From Amoebidium appalachense (Eukaryota; Protista; Ichthyosporea), in the NCBI GenBank assembly GCA_963693365.1, contig CAVNZM010000011.1:1658989-1722988 (forward strand): a stretch of 64,000 nt of DNA, given 5' to 3'. Below the pieces are notes generated by a model that ran no database searches, was not told the origin of the DNA, and saw only the letters and a list, made by a program, of their open reading frames with translations. Position numbers and translations under genes: made by a program. Positions within the stretch are counted from its first letter, which is position 1. Every line of letters starts with the position of its first letter. This document shows positions 63,143-64,000 of this stretch, piece by piece.

Positions 63143-64000
63143 CCCATAGATGGATGATCTATTCTACGATATCAAAATGTTCTAAAAACCTCAGGATTTG
63201 TGTTTCACGGTCTCTGGTATAACTTGGGAAACGAACAATCTACTACTACAACATACTGAATCATTGATAGGGGTTAATCATAGCACTTGTAACAATTTTT
63301 TTCTAAAGTAAATGAAACATGCACACAAGCGGCAACAGATGATTATCCACACATAGCTATAGCGTGCCAGCCCGGCATAAAACAATAAAAAAAGTAGGAA
63401 TATGGTGTGGATAATATCACTGGATAAGCCTAGGAAATTCGATGATGGGCACATTCAATGATGACCTTCAGTCTTGAGTCGCGGTCGTACAGTGTAGGCT
63501 GTGTGTCTGATTTTCATTGTTTTTCGACCATTATTCTGTACGCTTAAGGAGCTTTACAAATAGATTTTTCAAGTCTTCTACCTATTCCTTCACATGAGCC
63601 CGACTCGAAGCAAAGGAAAAAAGACATACGCGTATGCCGAATAGTCATATACATACGAAAACTCCGAAAAGTGCCACGGTGCCACAGCATCCGATCCTCC
63701 CAAACTCTGAATTCCTGAGCGGTGCGTGTCCGACTTACGATAGGGTGTAGGAACTTTGATCATGACAGGTATGTATAGTACCTTTGCAGTTTGTACAAGA
63801 AACTCGTCTTCTTCTAACATTACACTATATAGCCAATAGTAGTTAAATATGTATAAATCTGGAAGCCTTGGAGGTAACTGCAGGGGCGGGCAGGCTGTGA
63901 AAAGTTCCATGTCAGATAACAAAAGGTGTACCATGCATGATCACGATGTGGCGGCCCTCTGAGTAGGGGTCCCTACCGGAAGAAAGCCAAATTTCAATGC

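Overview
Eukaryotic nuclear DNA with long introns full of poly(C)/poly(G), (CA)n/(TG)n and (CT)n tracts, so almost all of the supplied ORF track is spurious. Manual splicing gives six complete multi-exon genes with canonical GT-AG introns: an SSAT-like GNAT acetyltransferase (+), a PP1 glycogen-targeting RVxF/CBM21 protein (-), an orphan ~800-aa protein with a possible KHA/ubiquitin-like domain and HTH (-), a protein with a truncated Zn-cluster motif (+), Misato/MSTO1 (-, 16 exons) and a 14-finger C2H2 protein (+). There is also a probable first exon of a gene running off the left edge. The last third holds a decayed secreted fibrillin-like array of 21 calcium-binding EGF exons (one domain per phase-1 exon), interrupted by a 5'-truncated LINE. 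A Zn-cluster motif together with a cbEGF array suggests a unicellular opisthokont such as an ichthyosporean-like holozoan (inference only). The most unusual signals are intronic: a SINE-like family that ends in poly(C) and is always sense to its host gene, 3' splice sites made of pure (CA)n or poly(C), tandem repeats seeded from splice and stop sites, and a ~55-bp intronic hairpin with a duplicated arm.
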